A stretch of 64,000 bases of DNA from IMG/VR virus record IMGVR_UViG_3300009370_001221, positions 1 to 64,000 of that record; one strand, 5' to 3'. The translations under genes were made by a program, and so were the position numbers. This document shows, piece by piece, positions 10,088 through 18,890 of the stretch (positions within the stretch are counted from its first letter, which is position 1; each line of letters opens with the position of its first letter). Below the pieces are notes generated by a model, which was not told where the DNA came from, did no database searches, and worked only from the letters and a program-made list of their open reading frames with translations.

Positions 10088-10734
10088 AATTAACAAACGA
10101 TAAACATTTTTATATACCAGAAGAAGATCATTGTGGTTGGCGTTGGAGTGCTAATTACGAATTTAATCCTTACTTATCTACAATAAAACAAATTGTTAAT
10201 AAGAATATAGCTTTAGATATTGGTGCTCATGTAGGCATTTGGTCCAAAAGACTTGCCTATGAATTTACAAAAGTGATAGCATTTGAACCAATACCACAAC
10301 ATATAGAATGTTGGGAAACAAATGTATTAGAAAAGAATGCAAGTTTAAACAAAGTGGCAATTTCTGACAGGGCAGGCACAGCAACTATGAAATATATAAA
10401 TTATTTCACTGGTATGTCTACCTTACACTATAATGCTGAAGAAATGGAAATAGAATTTAAAAAACTTACAAAGAAAAAAGTTATACAGACTCCAAAAGAT
10501 ATATCTGTTAACACTAAAACAATAGATAGTTATGATTTTCATAATGTGGATTTTATTAAAATGGATGTGGAAAGTCACGAATTAGAGGCATTAAAAGGTG
10601 CAGAGAAAACAATAAGAAAATTTAAACCACCAATTTACATTGAGATAGTAAATAAGGATGCCTACATTTTTTTAACAGAATTAGGATATAGACAAAAGGA
10701 AGATTTTGGTAACGATCATTATCTATTTAACTAA
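10084..10734 (+). CDS. FkbM-family methyltransferase
   Basis: LDIGAHVG, AFEP and FIKMDVESHELEALKGA motifs. Confidence 0.9.
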   Translation: MKLTNDKHFYIPEEDHCGWRWSANYEFNPYLSTIKQIVNKNIALDIGAHVGIWSKRLAYEFTKVIAFEPIPQHIECWETNVLEKNASLNKVAISDRAGTATMKYINYFTGMSTLHYNAEEMEIEFKKLTKKKVIQTPKDISVNTKTIDSYDFHNVDFIKMDVESHELEALKGAEKTIRKFKPPIYIEIVNKDAYIFLTELGYRQKEDFGNDHYLFN

Positions 10735-10812
10735 TACCAAGAATTGGTACCATATATCAATAATAAAGTAAATAAAATTAGTTGATATCAATTACAACAA
10801 GGAGTTAAATCA

Positions 10813-11583
10813 ATGAAAAAAGTTATAGTAGCACTATCTATGCTTTTAACTTCTTTTTCAGCTACAGCAGATGACAGTTATACAATCGTAAATGCTGGTA
10901 GCGACTCAGGAGATTTTAAAGCAGTATTGTCAATGATTGGCAATCAAGTTGATAGTAAATTTATACAGGCCAATAATCCTGTAGTTGCGGCCAGTCATTT
11001 TAATAATAAAAATGTACTTACTATGTGGAGTACAGAGTGGCCAGGCGATTCATCTATGCCATCAGTAGAAATGAATGAAAATACAATTATCGGTATTATG
11101 ACATATGAAACAATAATGTGTTCTCGCACTTTTACTTCAATGTCAGACATGTCTGGTAAAACAATTAAAATAGCAACATGGGGGAAATCACCCCCTGTTA
11201 AAAAATTCCTTGATAGGGTAGGAAAAGACAATAATATAAATTTTGTTATTGTTCCTTATGACGGAAGTGGTGCAACTACCAGAGGTTATCTAGGAAACGA
11301 CACTGATACTATTTTTACAACTCAAACTAAACAAGCTAAAGTAGAAGCGGATGGTAAATGCTTTGCATTTAGTGCAAATGGAGATTTAGATTTTGCATTT
11401 GTTGATGTTATTGTATCTATCAACGCATCTAAAACTGCCGTAAACAATGCTCGAAGTGTTGTTGCTAAACTAGTACAATCAGAAGCATGGGAAACTGCAT
11501 TTGGTGGAACTATGACATATATAATTAATAGTGGTGCTATAACTTCTAAAGTTAATAGTGCTATTAGTAATTTTTCAAATTAA
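10813..11583 (+). CDS. Periplasmic substrate-binding protein (TctC/Bug-like)
   Basis: Signal peptide; IVPYDGSGATTRGYLGNDTD resembles the TctC VPYxGxxxAxxxxLGGxxD motif; same operon as TctA. Confidence 0.65.
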   Translation: MKKVIVALSMLLTSFSATADDSYTIVNAGSDSGDFKAVLSMIGNQVDSKFIQANNPVVAASHFNNKNVLTMWSTEWPGDSSMPSVEMNENTIIGIMTYETIMCSRTFTSMSDMSGKTIKIATWGKSPPVKKFLDRVGKDNNINFVIVPYDGSGATTRGYLGNDTDTIFTTQTKQAKVEADGKCFAFSANGDLDFAFVDVIVSINASKTAVNNARSVVAKLVQSEAWETAFGGTMTYIINSGAITSKVNSAISNFSN

Positions 11584-12815
11584 TTTTCATATATAATACA
11601 CGCCTGTAACTGTTCTGAAATGGATCTATGTTTACTATCTAAACTAGATCCATTTTTTTCATCTGTTGACAACATAATCTCAATCCCTTTTGGTATATAC
11701 ATATTTTCAGGCAACGTATAACCAGGTTTTAATTGATGCAAACTTGTATCTCTTATATAAGGTTTTAAATGAGATATATCACTAATACTTTTAATTTTTC
11801 CTGGTTTTATATTAGCAATAGTCCATAGAAAATGTTTCCTTAAAGGAATAAACTTATCTTGTAATATAGATGAAAACAATTCATTATCATGTATTTGATC
11901 CATAAAAGATATACCACCACCAGGACGAGGATTTAAATCAATTATTTTTATATTACCATCATACATATAAAAGTCTGGGCCAGAAAATATCATATCTTTT
12001 ATTTCTAATGAAGTAACAAATGTACTTAAAAAATGTTTAGCAATTTCTACTAATTTAATAGGTACTTCATTTTCATTAATACTACGATGCGAAATAACTT
12101 GATTATCTTCTAACTTTATTGATAACCAAAATATTATTTCAGGAATACCTTTTTTCGTAATACGAGTATAAAGTCCAAACACTTGTGTACTAATCGATAA
12201 ACATTCTTGTGCCATTAAATGATATCTTATATTATTGAAATCTGGATGGGCAAATCCTTGTTTATTATCTTTAAAAAATGTTGGCCCTAACTCTTTCATA
12301 AAACTATTTTTATTTTTAAAACTTGTATATTCATAATCTTTATAAGGAGTTAAACATCTCATACCTGATCCAACAGTAGGTTTAACAAATATTCCTTTAT
12401 CTTTAAATATATCTAAATCTTCATGACATACAGGTATAACACTATCTGGTATAAGTTCTCCAAACCCTATTTCTTTACAATGATTATCAAACTTTTGTTT
12501 ATCAGACAACACTTGTGCTGTTTCATAATATAAATTACTTAACCCATAATATTGCTCAAGTTTGCATTGTAATGGCAACAGATCTTCAGTAAGACTGTAA
12601 ACTACATCTACTTCTTTTACATCTAATAGAATTTGTTTAATATCATATGTCGAGTTTATAAACAACTCCGCCCTATATATTTCAAAACTTTCAATTTGAT
12701 CTGGCCAATAATGATCTGACACAAGAAATACTCTATGATTTAAAAGTTTTAACCCTTTAATCATACCAGTACATTTATTCCAACCTCTACTATGGCACAA
12801 TAATAATATGTTCAT
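11580..12815 (-). CDS. ATP-grasp fold ligase
   Basis: DKQKF, FVKPTVGSG and IDLNPRPGG motifs. Confidence 0.8.
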   Translation of the reverse strand: MNILLLCHSRGWNKCTGMIKGLKLLNHRVFLVSDHYWPDQIESFEIYRAELFINSTYDIKQILLDVKEVDVVYSLTEDLLPLQCKLEQYYGLSNLYYETAQVLSDKQKFDNHCKEIGFGELIPDSVIPVCHEDLDIFKDKGIFVKPTVGSGMRCLTPYKDYEYTSFKNKNSFMKELGPTFFKDNKQGFAHPDFNNIRYHLMAQECLSISTQVFGLYTRITKKGIPEIIFWLSIKLEDNQVISHRSINENEVPIKLVEIAKHFLSTFVTSLEIKDMIFSGPDFYMYDGNIKIIDLNPRPGGGISFMDQIHDNELFSSILQDKFIPLRKHFLWTIANIKPGKIKSISDISHLKPYIRDTSLHQLKPGYTLPENMYIPKGIEIMLSTDEKNGSSLDSKHRSISEQLQACIIYEN

Positions 12816-13549
12816 ATAGTAATTTTTATTTTATACTGTTTTTGATATAATTTTTCTTTTAATTCATTAGTTACATCTATATAGTTTTCAATATTAGAAT
12901 TTGTAAATAACTCTTCTAAAAATTTAAAATCATTAACGTCTTGAAGACTAATTTTATTATCTATAGCATATAAAAAGCCAAGTCTTGCTCCAAACGCACA
13001 AGATTTTCCATTTTTTACTTCTCGTTTTATACACCATGAAAGTGTATAATTTATTCTAGGTTCACCAAACAACGAATGTGTTTTAAATGCTTCTCTAAAC
13101 CCTGCACAAAATGCTTGATATGTAGAACTATTAATGACAGTTTCACCAACACAAACATTTCCATCAGTTTGTTCAATATTATCACATCTATACCATTCTA
13201 AATTTTTATTAAAGTTATCTTTTGTTATATAGTTAAATGTATTTTTAGTCCAACATTTTATAGATCCACTTGCATCTGTAGCACCTAATATACTATTTTT
13301 TGTAGGATATCTAATTAATTGATTATCATTAGTAAAATTAAACTCTATATCTTTTAAATTATCCCAAACCACTGTATCACCATCTACAGTAATAAAGCAA
13401 TCAGACTCATTTAATTTAGATGCTTTATAATATGCCTCATAAATCCCTCTTACTCCATGAACCCTTTTAGCATGAGGAAATTTACTTAACAAATCTTGAT
13501 AATTTACTTCAGCATTGGGTTCTTTATAAGAAATGAAAATAATATCCAA
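12812..13549 (-). CDS. Glycosyltransferase-like protein (GT-A fold)
   Basis: DIIFISYKEPNA...AKRVHGVRGI...TVDGD (DxD) and AGFREA. Confidence 0.65.
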   Translation of the reverse strand: MDIIFISYKEPNAEVNYQDLLSKFPHAKRVHGVRGIYEAYYKASKLNESDCFITVDGDTVVWDNLKDIEFNFTNDNQLIRYPTKNSILGATDASGSIKCWTKNTFNYITKDNFNKNLEWYRCDNIEQTDGNVCVGETVINSSTYQAFCAGFREAFKTHSLFGEPRINYTLSWCIKREVKNGKSCAFGARLGFLYAIDNKISLQDVNDFKFLEELFTNSNIENYIDVTNELKEKLYQKQYKIKITI

Positions 13550-13550
13550 T

Positions 13551-14159
13551 TCATTTTCTACCTATTAACATATAACGAGTATATCCTGCAACATTAATAT
13601 CCAACTCCCCACCGTATAAGAGATTACTTATATAACATTGTTGTTTAAATTCCTCTAAACTATCAACACAATTAACATGTTCTTCTAATTCATTAAAATT
13701 ATTACTTTGCAATACTAATAATTTGTTATCTGGAATATTATCATACCAATCACTAAAGTTTTTTATATGTTCACAGGATGTATTAATAATAGTATCACAC
13801 TTATTGTAGTCTAAATTATGTATATCTTCTGTTATTGCCATAAACCTATTAACGTATTTGAAAGAATTCATATCATTTGCTATTTGGGTGCAAAATGAAT
13901 CTATGTCATACGAATAAATTCTAATAATAGGAAGTTTACTAATAAACAGCATAGAAGCCAATTGGCCATACCAACCACCACATATATACACAATGCCTAA
14001 ATCCACATCCCAGTGTAGTAATTTATCAACAAGCCATGATTTACTTTCTAACTGTCCTTTACTAAAAACATTTTCCCAATTAGCATTTGGATACTTGCTT
14101 GTTAATTTATCTATACTATGCGATCGTAGCGTATTTGTCAAGGTTTCGTTCGAATTCAT
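13551..14159 (-). CDS. SAM-dependent methyltransferase-like protein
   Basis: ICGGWYG motif I, SYDID and INTSCEH. Confidence 0.7.
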   Translation of the reverse strand: MNSNETLTNTLRSHSIDKLTSKYPNANWENVFSKGQLESKSWLVDKLLHWDVDLGIVYICGGWYGQLASMLFISKLPIIRIYSYDIDSFCTQIANDMNSFKYVNRFMAITEDIHNLDYNKCDTIINTSCEHIKNFSDWYDNIPDNKLLVLQSNNFNELEEHVNCVDSLEEFKQQCYISNLLYGGELDINVAGYTRYMLIGRK

Positions 14160-15150
14160 GCAAACGTTTCCATATGCTTCTTAGTTCTGTAATTGTAGTC
14201 CAGTTATGTAAGAACAATGCAAATCCACCATGTACTTTCTGGAATGCATTAGATACTTGTACTACTACACCTAACAATATTGCACCAGTAAACAAACCCG
14301 GGCCTACTATTAAGTATGGAACAATAATCATAAATTGATCATACATAATCATCCACGTATCAAAATATCCATAATGAAGATATAGTCTCTGATAGTTAAA
14401 ACGTATGCCAGTAAATAAACTCCACAGTGTTTCTGGCTGTGCATAATTTACTTTGTCATCCTCACCTAATACAAGGTCTTTTCTAAATGCCGCTTCTACT
14501 TTTTGGTTATTGTATTCAAGTCCAGGCAGTTTCCAACCCACAAACCATGAAATAATTATACCACCAACCGATACTGTTAACGCAGTCCAAACTAATGAGC
14601 CGGGTATATCACTAAAGAATGGAATAGCAACGTGCTCACTTAATCCCCACAATACTGGAATAAATGCTACAAGTGTCATAATTGCTCTTACTACTTGGAG
14701 TCCCAATGATTCTACAATTCGTGCAAACCGGTTGCAGTCTTCTTGAATACGTTGAGACGCACCTTCTATTTCTTCTTTAACTGTGCGCCAACGCGGAATA
14801 TAATCAAATGTCATTGCTTGTCGCCAACGCAATCCATATATACGGGTAAACCATCCAGTTAGCACCGCCAAAATAACATATGGGAACGCTAAAACTGCGA
14901 ATGACGGCTCGCCTTCAAAGCCATTAAGCCAATAATCAAAACTGAGTAACTTGTCGTAAAATAGTGCAATACCTTCTGCTGAGTTGTCTTTGTATGTACC
15001 CGATGTTTGTAGTAAGTTATAAAAGCCACCGTACCATTTGTTTATTGCTACAGTTATTTGTACTTGTACCCACAATGATAAAACTAATAATCCCCCACCA
15101 CCATATGCCCATAAGGCCCATTTTTTACTTCTAAAAAATGCCTTAATCAT
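14116..15150 (-). CDS. sbmA: SbmA/BacA-family peptide transporter
   Basis: INKWYGGFYNLLQ, WRQAM, IEGASQRIQED, NQKVEAAFRKDLVLGEDD and WTTITELRSIWKRLHEFE. Confidence 0.92.
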   Translation of the reverse strand: MIKAFFRSKKWALWAYGGGGLLVLSLWVQVQITVAINKWYGGFYNLLQTSGTYKDNSAEGIALFYDKLLSFDYWLNGFEGEPSFAVLAFPYVILAVLTGWFTRIYGLRWRQAMTFDYIPRWRTVKEEIEGASQRIQEDCNRFARIVESLGLQVVRAIMTLVAFIPVLWGLSEHVAIPFFSDIPGSLVWTALTVSVGGIIISWFVGWKLPGLEYNNQKVEAAFRKDLVLGEDDKVNYAQPETLWSLFTGIRFNYQRLYLHYGYFDTWMIMYDQFMIIVPYLIVGPGLFTGAILLGVVVQVSNAFQKVHGGFALFLHNWTTITELRSIWKRLHEFERNLDKYATIA

Positions 15151-15418
15151 GCTTTTTATCCTTGTATCGATATATTAGTGTATCTATTAATTGAAGTATA
15201 ATTGTTAAGTCATGGTTGAAATCATTATTTGTAGTATCGATACCGTGCTCATCTAATAAAGCTAACGTATCCCACAACCAAACTTCGGATATTACGCGAG
15301 TTGTTTCATCATTGAAAATGTCATCTCCTTTGCCGTGAAAGTCAGTTTCAATAATTTCCTTTAACGGAATTCTGTCTGCTTTCTTCCCTTCAAAGTCAAT
15401 AACATTATCGTCACTCAT
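15143..15418 (-). CDS. Hypothetical protein
   Basis: Likely start MSDDNVIDF overlapping the upstream stop. Confidence 0.5.
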   Translation of the reverse strand: MSDDNVIDFEGKKADRIPLKEIIETDFHGKGDDIFNDETTRVISEVWLWDTLALLDEHGIDTTNNDFNHDLTIILQLIDTLIYRYKDKKHD

Positions 15419-15764
15419 CAGGCCAATCTCTGAATAATGCGTGTTGTATATTGTCTGCAACATGCTGATTAAAGGCATGATGCTTTGTTTTAAGTTGACT
15501 TTCTATTTCGTCTAATGCATGATGTTCTACTTTAGCGACTCTCTGAAAAGCATTTTCTAATTGAGACATGTCTTTTGTTTCAATCATAATATGCCATTCA
15601 GGCAAATCTTGTATACTACGAAAGCCTAATTTACACCGAGTAATACGATAAGACTCGATTTTGTGTTCTTCTTTGAGTGATTTTAAAAATTCTCGAAGGT
15701 TATGTGCCCATTCTTTATCGGTAATATCACCTTCGATATCACACCAAACATGATAGATATCCAT
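15411..15764 (-). CDS. Conserved hypothetical protein (DUF6614-like)
   Basis: YRITRCKLGF...PEWHIMIE...ALFRDWPD. Confidence 0.6.
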   Translation of the reverse strand: MDIYHVWCDIEGDITDKEWAHNLREFLKSLKEEHKIESYRITRCKLGFRSIQDLPEWHIMIETKDMSQLENAFQRVAKVEHHALDEIESQLKTKHHAFNQHVADNIQHALFRDWPDE

Positions 15765-15790
15765 ATAGATATTTAGTGTAGGATTTAGTC

Positions 15791-16243
15791 TTATGGTTGG
15801 TTTTGTGGTATGGGACCGAGATTAAAACTTTCGCAGTGGCCGACCGCTTCACAGTCTATTATGCTAATATCTGCTTTTAATTTAGCACGTTCTAGCATTT
15901 CATACCAATGTTCTTCACTTTGATAACCTGCCCAACGTACTAGTTCGCGTTTATTAACTTCATCCCATATAATAAACGTAGGAACAGCATATAATCTCTT
16001 TATATTGCCTTCCCAATAATGCTCTAAATATTCTTGATTTGCAATAATACCATTAGTGATGTCTATTTTTATCATTGGTAAATCAATATCATCATAAAAC
16101 TCTGGAATTTCGTCTATCCAACGAGCACAAACAGGGCACCAGTTAGCAGTAACTACTAACAATTCCAATGCTTGTGCGGGCATAGCCACTAATAATAGCA
16201 ATACAAATAGGAACTTTTTCATATCAATTTGATTTAACTTCAA
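15791..16243 (-). CDS. Exported thioredoxin-fold protein
   Basis: Signal peptide, WCPVC (CxxC) and VPTFII. Confidence 0.75.
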   Translation of the reverse strand: MKLNQIDMKKFLFVLLLLVAMPAQALELLVVTANWCPVCARWIDEIPEFYDDIDLPMIKIDITNGIIANQEYLEHYWEGNIKRLYAVPTFIIWDEVNKRELVRWAGYQSEEHWYEMLERAKLKADISIIDCEAVGHCESFNLGPIPQNQP

Positions 16244-16595
16244 TTGCGTTCATTTGTTCACGCAGATTAACTTCTTCACTTACTTGTTTATAAATTTTAA
16301 TATTTTCTTGAATTTCTTTTAATTCGTTCTCTAGATGATTTAATCTCATATTCTGTTCAGCATCATCAGGTAATGAACCCAATTCACCACGAGGCCATTT
16401 AACACGAAATTCATTATTTGCTTTAACATGGACATCTTGAATTGCTAGATTATGCTCTAAAAACGTAATACGTCCTGTTACATTAAAATAACCAGTAATA
16501 GCAAGACCTACAAAGACGAACAATGCTATCAAATTACGAACTGGGATAGTTATCATTGATGAATCACTAACTGTCATACTTGTTTGTTTACTCAT
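16224..16595 (-). CDS. Membrane protein with coiled coil
   Basis: One TM helix then coiled coil; TAAATA-N5-ATG. Confidence 0.6.
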   Translation of the reverse strand: MSKQTSMTVSDSSMITIPVRNLIALFVFVGLAITGYFNVTGRITFLEHNLAIQDVHVKANNEFRVKWPRGELGSLPDDAEQNMRLNHLENELKEIQENIKIYKQVSEEVNLREQMNAIEVKSN

Positions 16596-16640
16596 GCCAA
16601 TATTTAAAGTGATGTTTTAATGATTAAAGCACTACTATAT

Positions 16641-17306
16641 TACTGCTGTAAATTATCCACTATTATTTCATATTAGCTTGTTCATTTTCTAAAACTATTG
16701 GATTACCATCTTTATCGGTTTTAGCGTACATAATATAAAGACTTAATCTTTTATAATTACATTTGGGAACCGAATGAACAATTCTTGGTTCAAGATAATT
16801 ATGATTAATATAACCCCTATTTAAACCATATTTTATTATTTTGTCTGAACCATCCATTTTAAATATAGTTCCAAAATTATCATTATCATTTAAATAAATT
16901 TGTATTGCAAGATGAACTTTATAATTATCAACATGATTACTCATAGAGAATCCTGGTTCATCCTTCCACAAAAAGGCATTATTAATAATAACAGGGTGAT
17001 CAACTGCGGTTTTTATAACAGAATCACAAAATTTCTCAATATCTTGTTTAACATCTAAATCCCAAAGATCTAATTTTTTACGAATACCACTCGCAACAGA
17101 ATAATTTATATCCACAAATTCATTATTGTTTGCAATCGATAAGATTTTATCAAGAATTTCTTGAGGAAAGAAATCTTTTACTTCAGTAACACGCATAAAT
17201 CGTCCTCCATTATTAATAAAATGGTAGTCGATTATGATTAATATATAGCTATGTTACCGCCATGTCAATATTTAACGTAATACTGCTATAAGTTATCCAC
17301 TATTAT
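16641..17306. repeat. 26-bp direct repeat pair (16641-16666, 17281-17306) flanking one gene
   Basis: TACTGCTGTAAATTATCCACTATTAT vs TACTGCTATAAGTTATCCACTATTAT, 2 mismatches. Confidence 0.8.
16663..17196 (-). CDS. 2OG-Fe(II) oxygenase
   Basis: HVD...IYLN...HSV...RLS motif set; GGAGG RBS. Confidence 0.75.
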   Translation of the reverse strand: MRVTEVKDFFPQEILDKILSIANNNEFVDINYSVASGIRKKLDLWDLDVKQDIEKFCDSVIKTAVDHPVIINNAFLWKDEPGFSMSNHVDNYKVHLAIQIYLNDNDNFGTIFKMDGSDKIIKYGLNRGYINHNYLEPRIVHSVPKCNYKRLSLYIMYAKTDKDGNPIVLENEQANMK

Positions 17307-17323
17307 AAATAGAACTTTACAGG

Positions 17324-17905
17324 TTGCTACCTAAATTGAATAACTTTTTCATTGACCCTGATATTTGCTTTGACGTGAGCAAATTACAGGATGCATTGCG
17401 CGAAGTTGATTCGCGAGTCGCAAGACAATCTCCTTTAGGCAAAAGAGACATCAATGCTATTTGTCTGACACAAATTCCCGGTGATCCAAACTCTATCACA
17501 GGTGGTAATGTAAGAGGATTATTTTGGACACGCCCAACAAGCAGTGGTGAAGAGGTCCAACGAGAAAATCCAATAGACGAATCCCAATATACTGAGTTTG
17601 TTAAACTATTTGAAGATACTTACTTCAAAGAAGTATACGATACACTTATTCCCAATTATAAATTAGGCAGAGTAAGATTGCTTTGGAAAATGCCACGCAC
17701 AACATTGAGTTGGCACAGGGATCCTGAACGCAGATTACACATACCTATCGTAACCAACCCAGGCGCACTAATGATTATTGATGATGAAGTAAAACATATG
17801 CCCGCAGATGGCAAAGTATGGATTACTGATAATACAAAATATCATAATGCGTTTAACGGAGGCGAGGAAGATCGCGTCCATTTAGTTGCTACAGTTATAG
17901 AATAA
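17324..17905 (+). CDS. Asp/Asn beta-hydroxylase-like oxygenase
   Basis: WHRD, RLHIPIVTN and HNAFNGGEEDRVHLV. Confidence 0.8.
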   Translation: MLPKLNNFFIDPDICFDVSKLQDALREVDSRVARQSPLGKRDINAICLTQIPGDPNSITGGNVRGLFWTRPTSSGEEVQRENPIDESQYTEFVKLFEDTYFKEVYDTLIPNYKLGRVRLLWKMPRTTLSWHRDPERRLHIPIVTNPGALMIIDDEVKHMPADGKVWITDNTKYHNAFNGGEEDRVHLVATVIE

Positions 17906-17936
17906 GGAAAGGCCCTAAACGGGCCCTTCCAAAAAA
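17906..17936. terminator. GC hairpin between the convergent oxygenase and tmRNA units
   Basis: GGAAAGGCCC-TAAAC-GGGCCCTTCC followed by A6. Confidence 0.55.
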
Positions 17937-18114
17937 GCAGATTGGGTAACAAGGTATGCTCTATACCCCGGAATACTGCCGTGATTAAGCGGCTAATGCG
18001 TATTCGTAATAATCGTCGTTTGCAATTATTTTAGTTTGCTGTTTTTTAACATGGAACTGCTCCCATGTGTCGTCCGTATATCGTCCTCACCCTGTCGAAG
18101 CCATGTCACCCCCG

Positions 18115-18258
18115 TCAAAAAAAGATTAAGTATACTATACCACCAATAATAATTATGTCGGCACAGATACTCCATGCGACATATATTTTAAACATATATT
18201 CTATAGCTTTCCTGAAAGGCCTTGGTAATGTTTTTATCTTGTTCCGGAGGAATCGCAT
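18115..18258 (-). CDS. 47-aa basic/transmembrane peptide inside the tmRNA intervening segment
   Basis: AGGAGG-8nt-ATG; MRFLRNKIKTLPRPFRKAIEYMFKIYVAWSICADIIIIGGIVYLIFF*; stop codon ends 1 nt before tmRNA G1. Confidence 0.65.
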   Translation of the reverse strand: MRFLRNKIKTLPRPFRKAIEYMFKIYVAWSICADIIIIGGIVYLIFF

Positions 18259-18292
18259 CGTCGCTTCCTCCTATCAATGTATTATAGTTCAT
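18188..18292 (-). CDS. Possible 34-aa ORF in the tmRNA intervening segment
   Basis: AAGGAGA RBS right after CCA; MNYNTLIGGSDDAIPPEQDKNITKAFQESYRIYV*; overlaps the 47-aa ORF out of frame. Confidence 0.35.
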   Translation of the reverse strand: MNYNTLIGGSDDAIPPEQDKNITKAFQESYRIYV

Positions 18293-18372
18293 TTTAATCT
18301 CCTTTTGGTGGAGGTGGTGGGGATCGAACCCACGTCCAGAATGCATATTGTCTACATCATACGACAATAAAG

Positions 18373-18546
18373 TTACTTACTTATTTTCTTTTCTTCATAT
18401 AAAACATGTTTGCGTACAACTGGGTCATACTTTTTTAATTTAAGTTTATTGCCACCCATCTTTCTTTTATTAACGGTTGTGGTATAATAATGCCCGGTAC
18501 CAGCAGTTGATACTAATTTAATAATTGTAATATTTTTACTTGCCAT
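18373..18546 (-). CDS. rpmG: 50S ribosomal protein bL33 (zinc-independent form)
   Basis: Hand translation: [57 protein letters not shown], with IKLVSxAGTGHxYTT and [10 protein letters not shown] signatures; TAATG overlap with the upstream gene; absent from ORF track (57 aa). Confidence 0.95.
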   Translation of the reverse strand: MASKNITIIKLVSTAGTGHYYTTTVNKRKMGGNKLKLKKYDPVVRKHVLYEEKKISK

Positions 18547-18890
18547 TACCATGCATCCTTAAATTGTGGTTTAGCGAAATTATCATTTTCTATAACATGT
18601 TCTTTTACTTCTTCTTTATCACCATAAGATATATTTTGCGGTGGCACATCTACAGAACTTCCTGTAGTATAAAATCTTGATGCTGTTTGTACATCATCAA
18701 AACTTTGTGATTTTTGTCCCATTGCTTTATCGAAAATGTCTTTATAGTCATTATAAATTTCCATATAGCTAGAAGGACCATATTTTTTCTCGGCCTCATC
18801 TGTGACAAACTTAACATACTCTGATGCTAAAGTCAAATCACCACCTGCTAATTTAAGACATTCTAATCTTATATGTGTTGAATCAATCAT
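18546..18890 (-). CDS. Hypothetical protein
   Basis: [10 protein letters not shown]-terminal motif; translationally coupled on both sides. Confidence 0.6.
   Translation of the reverse strand: MIDSTHIRLECLKLAGGDLTLASEYVKFVTDEAEKKYGPSSYMEIYNDYKDIFDKAMGQKSQSFDDVQTASRFYTTGSSVDVPPQNISYGDKEEVKEHVIENDNFAKPQFKDAW

Larger units (their letters stand above)
17930..18367 (-). ncRNA. ssrA: Circularly permuted (two-piece) tmRNA: acceptor piece about 18367-18306, intervening segment 18305-18114, coding piece 18113 to about 17930
   Basis: Acceptor piece ends GAC-GTGGG-TTCGATC-CCCAC-CACCTCC-A-CCA. Coding piece starts GGGGGTGACATGGCTTCGAC, forming a 7-bp acceptor stem with G3.U70 and A73. Tag ORF at 18023-17985 reads ANDDYYEYALAA* after AAATAATT. 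Inter-piece helices CAGGGTG/CATTCTG and ACGACA/TGTCGT. Outer ends are approximate. Confidence 0.93.

Noticed and set aside
18306-18345. Stand-alone tRNA fragment or attP site
   Set aside because: It pairs with the GGGGGTG 5' piece at 18113 and a tag ORF follows, so it is the tmRNA acceptor piece; no integrase is nearby
18065-18370. 101-aa plus-strand ORF from the track
   Set aside because: Antisense to the tmRNA pieces and intervening ORFs; no RBS or recognisable motif
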